A stretch of 64,000 nt of DNA from Christensenella sp. UBA4636 (GTDB lineage Bacteria > Bacillota > Clostridia > Christensenellales > Borkfalkiaceae). The notes under the pieces are model-generated. The model saw nothing but the letters and a program-made list of their open reading frames with translations, was not told the origin of the DNA and did no database searches. Of this stretch, positions 60,602-64,000 are shown piece after piece. The position numbers were made by a program, and so were the translations under genes. The DNA lies in the NCBI GenBank assembly GCA_002405915.1, contig DHMS01000033.1, positions 114,895 through 178,894 of the forward strand, in the 5' to 3' direction. The first letter of the stretch is position 1, and every line of letters begins with the position of its first letter.

Positions 60602-60647
60602 GCTGCGCAAACATGTTTGCGCAGCTACTTTTTTGCATGCAAAAAAG
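60602..60647. promoter_or_regulatory. Two adjacent perfect palindromes upstream of the Big_2 lipoprotein gene (candidate operator/hairpin)
   Basis: GCTGCGCAAACATGTTTGCGCAGC (60602-60625, 24 nt) and CTTTTTTGCATGCAAAAAAG (60628-60647, 20 nt). Three ATTGCAA repeats follow at about 60700-60740. Confidence 0.4.
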
Positions 60648-60784
60648 ACAAAGGTAGTGGCTATTCGCCTTTTAAGACAAGCATAGTATACAACAAAAAA
60701 AAGACAATTGCAATTGCAAAAACAACTTTTTAACATTGCAAATTTTCTAATAATTTCAATTTTTTATAAAAAAATAATTTTCAC

Positions 60785-60805
60785 CTTTCAATTTTCAACT
60801 TTCAA
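60785..60805. repeat. Second locus of the CTTTCAA heptamer satellite (3 units)
   Basis: CTTTCAA TTTTCAA CTTTCAA, with the same units and orientation as at 27156-27221. Confidence 0.8.
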
Positions 60806-60855
60806 CTAAAAAAGCCGCAAGGCGTTTTGATACGCACCCGCGGCATTCATTATTA

Positions 60856-61542
60856 TTATATAGCTGTGCTTACATCTTTCAAGAACTTATCGCTGTCAAA
60901 ACAAAGTTCCGCGTCCATATCGAAGTTGTCGGCGTTTTCAAACGCCGCTAAACGAGAAACGGAAACTTCGTAAGCAGTCATTTCCTTAACTTCCGTATCG
61001 CTTATCCGCTTTTGATAAATTCTGCTCTGTATCCGCCCCGCCAGCGCGATTTTTTCGCCTACCGGGATATTGCGCACGAACCGCGCGTTTCTGCCCCAAG
61101 CTATGCACGGGATATAGTCGCTTTTATTGTACGCTCTGTTGACCGCGACGAGCATATCCGCGATTTCACGAGAGAAAGGGGTCGTGCGGTAAGTCGGTTG
61201 TTTGCAAATGTAGCCGCTAAGCACAATGCAGTTAGGATTAACCGAGAATGCCGGCGAAACCTTTTCGCGCGCGAACACCGAAAGCATAAGTTTGCTTTTG
61301 CCGTTGACGAGTTTGTTGTAACTTCTGTACTGACCGAGTACGGAAAGCGTTTTGCCTTTGTCGAGGTCGCCGTCCGCAATCATTCGTTCGGAAACGGTGA
61401 TGGGCAGAATATCCGCTTGCCCGGACAGTCTTTTTACGGCTACGTCCACTTCGTAAAACCCTTCTCCGTACACTTCGTGCGAAAATCTTTTGTCGGAAAT
61501 TATCTCTCCGCGCAGATACACTTTGTTGTTGCTCTTTTCCAT
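60856..61542 (-). CDS. Single-stranded-DNA-binding-like protein with two OB-fold-like halves
   Basis: 228 aa. The segment NKVYLRGEIISDKRFSHEVYGEGFYEVDVAVKRLSGQADILPITVSE repeats in a second half, NCIVLSGYICKQPTYRTTPFSREIADMLVAVNR...IPCIAWGRNARF. The family call is by eye. Confidence 0.5.
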   Translation of the reverse strand: MEKSNNKVYLRGEIISDKRFSHEVYGEGFYEVDVAVKRLSGQADILPITVSERMIADGDLDKGKTLSVLGQYRSYNKLVNGKSKLMLSVFAREKVSPAFSVNPNCIVLSGYICKQPTYRTTPFSREIADMLVAVNRAYNKSDYIPCIAWGRNARFVRNIPVGEKIALAGRIQSRIYQKRISDTEVKEMTAYEVSVSRLAAFENADNFDMDAELCFDSDKFLKDVSTAI

Positions 61543-61603
61543 TCTTTCTTTTCCTCCGTTTTTCAGGCGAAACTCAATCTTTTCTCGCCCGTAAAATAAA
61601 AAT

Positions 61604-62359
61604 CTATTCGCTTAAAATTTGTTTTCCGCTCTGGTCTATCGCGTAATTTTGTTTGTACGCGAGTTCGCCTATCGGCACAAATTCGTAGCCCTTTTGTTGT
61701 AATGCCGCAAATATGAGCGGCAAGCTCTCGGCTGTATGTAAGCCGTTGTTGTGGCAAAGTATAATCGAGCCGCTTTTCGTCTTTGCAATAACTCTGTTCG
61801 CAATTTCCTCGGCGGAGAGGTCTTTCCAGTCGAGGCTGTCAACGTCCCACTGAATGGTCGTAAGCCCCGATTTTTCCGCGCATTCGATAAGCAAATCGTC
61901 GTATTCGCCGAACGGCGGGCGGAACAGTTCAACCTTTTTGCCCGTGATATCCTCTATCGCCTTTTTAGAAGTTCCCAATTCCTTTAAAATATCCGCTTCG
62001 TTCATCTTCGCCATATGCGAGTGAGTCGCGCTGTGCGTTCCTAATTCGTGACCTTTTTCGCTTATCTTTTTAACGTAATCGGGGTATTTTTTCACCCAGA
62101 ATTCCACGGCGAAAAACGTGCATTTTACATTGAATTTTTCCATAGCCGCAAGAATGTCGTCCGTGTGTTCAGTTCCCCATGCGCAGTCAAACGAAACAGC
62201 GATTTTTTTATCGTCGCGCCCGACCGAATAAATCGGCAACTTTCTTACGGTCTTTCCGTAATACACGGGGTACGCAACGCTTGCGTTAACCGCAAAACTA
62301 AGTAAAACCACCGCCGTTAAAAGCGCAATCGCGCAAAAAACAATGCTTTTTCTCTTCAA
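61604..62359 (-). CDS. Polysaccharide deacetylase (NodB homology domain; PdaA/PdaB-like)
   Basis: 251 aa with an N-terminal signal/anchor and the segments FDCAWGTEHTDDIL, CTFFAVEFW, GHELGTHSATHSHM and ILCHN. Confidence 0.85.
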   Translation of the reverse strand: MKRKSIVFCAIALLTAVVLLSFAVNASVAYPVYYGKTVRKLPIYSVGRDDKKIAVSFDCAWGTEHTDDILAAMEKFNVKCTFFAVEFWVKKYPDYVKKISEKGHELGTHSATHSHMAKMNEADILKELGTSKKAIEDITGKKVELFRPPFGEYDDLLIECAEKSGLTTIQWDVDSLDWKDLSAEEIANRVIAKTKSGSIILCHNNGLHTAESLPLIFAALQQKGYEFVPIGELAYKQNYAIDQSGKQILSE

Positions 62360-62578
62360 TTTACTCTCCCATAATACAACTTTATTTAAGTCGCTTTTTA
62401 TTTTGCTTTGTCGACCTATGTCGTTTTTAGTCGATTATAAAGTCGTTTTTGTTTTATATCTATTACGAGAAAGAATTTTTTATGACTTTTAATTTTTTTC
62501 TAAACGCAAAAGACTCCCGATTTTTTACTTCGAAAGTCTTTATTATCAAATATTATTTTTTATAAAATATTTTTTTGC

Positions 62579-63514
62579 TTACATATTGAGCGCAGCCGCG
62601 CCGACGATACCCGCCGATTTTAAGCTTGCGAATATTATGCCCACGCTCGGACCGGAACTTCTCGCAAACAAACCGCCTTTGACTTGCTCGCGGAGCGGCA
62701 AGATAAGGCTGTCGCCCTGGTTAGCGACTCCGCCGCCGATAATGATAACTTCCGGGCGGAAAATGTTCGCGATATTGATTAAGCCTACCGCAAGATTGTC
62801 TATGTATTCGTCTACCACCTGTTTTGCGTATTCGTCGACGTCGGCATAATCGAAAGCCGTTTTGCCGTCCACGTTTTCAAGTCCGCCGACCTTCCACATT
62901 TCGGAATCCTTGTGCGCTTGCATGGCTCTGCGCGTTTCCCTTATGATTGCGGTAGCCGAACCGTAAGTTTCCCAGCACCCTTTATTGCCGCAAGTGCATT
63001 GTTCGCCGTGCGGATGAATAATCATGTGACCTATCTCTCCGCCCGCCGATTTGTTGCCTTCGTACAGCTTGCCGTCTATAATGATGCCGCCGCCTATACC
63101 CGTGCCGAGAGTTACGAAAACGCTCGTTTTGTAGCTTTTGCCCGAACCGAACTTAGCTTCGCCCAAAGCCGCAGCGTTCGCGTCGTTCGTGATTTTTATG
63201 GGATAATCGAAATGTTTGTGCAGTTCGTCCACGATATGAACGTCGCTCCAATAAAGGTTGCCCGCAACGACCACAACGCCGCTTTCCGCGTCGATAAGCC
63301 CCGGTATACCTATGCCTATGCCTTGAATTTCGCCGTTGGCGTTATGCGCTTCGAGGTCTCTTATAAGCTTAACTATGTTGGAAATAACTTTTTTTACACC
63401 CTCTTTCGCGTCGGTCGGAACGGAGCTTTTATACAAAATTTTGCCGTCCGCCGTAACGATACCGCCTTTAACGCTCGTACCGCCGAAATCTATTCCGATA
63501 TATACTTTTTCCAT
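62579..63514 (-). CDS. glcK: ROK-family glucokinase
   Basis: 311 aa with IGIDFGGTSVKGGIV, a GxGxGGG segment (LGTGIGGGII) and the zinc motif CTCGNKGCWETYGS. Confidence 0.85.
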   Translation of the reverse strand: MEKVYIGIDFGGTSVKGGIVTADGKILYKSSVPTDAKEGVKKVISNIVKLIRDLEAHNANGEIQGIGIGIPGLIDAESGVVVVAGNLYWSDVHIVDELHKHFDYPIKITNDANAAALGEAKFGSGKSYKTSVFVTLGTGIGGGIIIDGKLYEGNKSAGGEIGHMIIHPHGEQCTCGNKGCWETYGSATAIIRETRRAMQAHKDSEMWKVGGLENVDGKTAFDYADVDEYAKQVVDEYIDNLAVGLINIANIFRPEVIIIGGGVANQGDSLILPLREQVKGGLFARSSGPSVGIIFASLKSAGIVGAAALNM

Positions 63515-63801
63515 GTTCTTTACCCGCCGAAAAATTCTTTTATCGCGTTTTTAGGGTTACGTCGTCGCTTTTTACGCGTTTTTGCGCTTCCTCACGCGAT
63601 ACTTTTTCTATATTCTATCATTTTTATTTGCTTTTGTAAAGAAAAACTTGTTAAACATTGCAATTTTAACTATCCGATATTGCTTTTTTTACTTTTTGTC
63701 GCATTCTATTCACATTTTAAAAAGAGTTTTTCCTTTTCGGCAGGCAAAAACGTACTATAAAGACAATTTACGACATATTTTAAAATCGGAAACAATTGAG
63801 C

Positions 63802-64000
63802 ATGCTTTATTACGACGTAAACGAAAGAATACTTGCCGAGGGCGAGTTCATCGTCGAAAACTCTTCAACCGTCCGCGCGACCGCGGCAAAATTCGGCGTT
63901 TCCAAGTCGACCGTTCACAAAGATTTAAGCTACAAACTAAAATACCTCGACGAAGCCCTTTTTAACCTCGTCGAGGAAGTTTTACAAAAAAATCTGTCCG
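63802..64000 (+). CDS. spoIIID: Sporulation stage III transcriptional regulator SpoIIID (runs off the right window edge)
   Basis: Not in the ORF track because it has no stop in the window. My translation from ATG 63802 is MLYYDVNERILAEGEFIVENSSTVRATAAKFGVSKSTVHKDLSYKLKYLDEALFNLVEEVLQKN. The core TVR.TAKKFGVSKSTVHKD is the SpoIIID HTH signature. Confidence 0.8.
   Translation, partial: MLYYDVNERILAEGEFIVENSSTVRATAAKFGVSKSTVHKDLSYKLKYLDEALFNLVEEVLQKNLS

Overview
Clostridia-like Firmicutes chromosome segment. It is probably from a spore-former, because spoIIID starts at the right edge. Almost every gene is on the minus strand.

Content from left to right:
- A partial ABC exporter and typA/bipA.
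- A 9.4-kb operon combining a WXG100 protein with FtsK/SpoIIIE-type ATPases (T7SS-like but atypical).
- A complete dcw division/cell-wall cluster, read on the minus strand as murI, mraZ, rsmH, ftsL-like, class B PBP, murE, mraY, murD, ftsW, murA, ftsQ, ftsA, ftsZ.
- rpsT, a ferritin-like protein, and a TetR regulator next to a decayed ABC gene.
- A lower-GC AbiEi/AbiEii cassette bracketed by ~65-bp direct repeats.
- An M18 aminopeptidase and an SDR oxidoreductase.
- An ~11-kb phage-derived head/packaging module (TerL, TerS-like fragment, portal, scaffold, major capsid, connector-like, three unknowns). I could not recognise any tail, lysis, replication or integrase gene in it.
- Its putative late-activator-like regulator, two SH3-like membrane-anchored proteins, and a surface glycan-degrading cluster (beta-helix lipoprotein, permuted GH3, Big_2 lipoprotein).
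- An SSB-like protein, a polysaccharide deacetylase, glucokinase and spoIIID.

The candidates I rank highest:
1. The ftsZ reading frame stays open, without a stop, through a 748-codon hyper-acidic upstream extension that has its own SD/ATG, while the canonical FtsZ start keeps its own strong SD.
2. The WXG100/FtsK-ATPase locus has a soluble, split EssC equivalent and a novel repeat-plus-polytopic membrane protein. I recognise no EsaA, EssA, EssB or YukD.
3. The tail-less phage-like capsid module, with a Cheo(LexA)-like box in its upstream control region.

Smaller oddities:
- A five-hairpin covarying array after typA.
- A CTTTCAA heptamer satellite present at two loci.
- A ~117-nt long-stem structured element inside the dcw cluster.

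All functional calls come from motif recognition by eye. No database search was possible.
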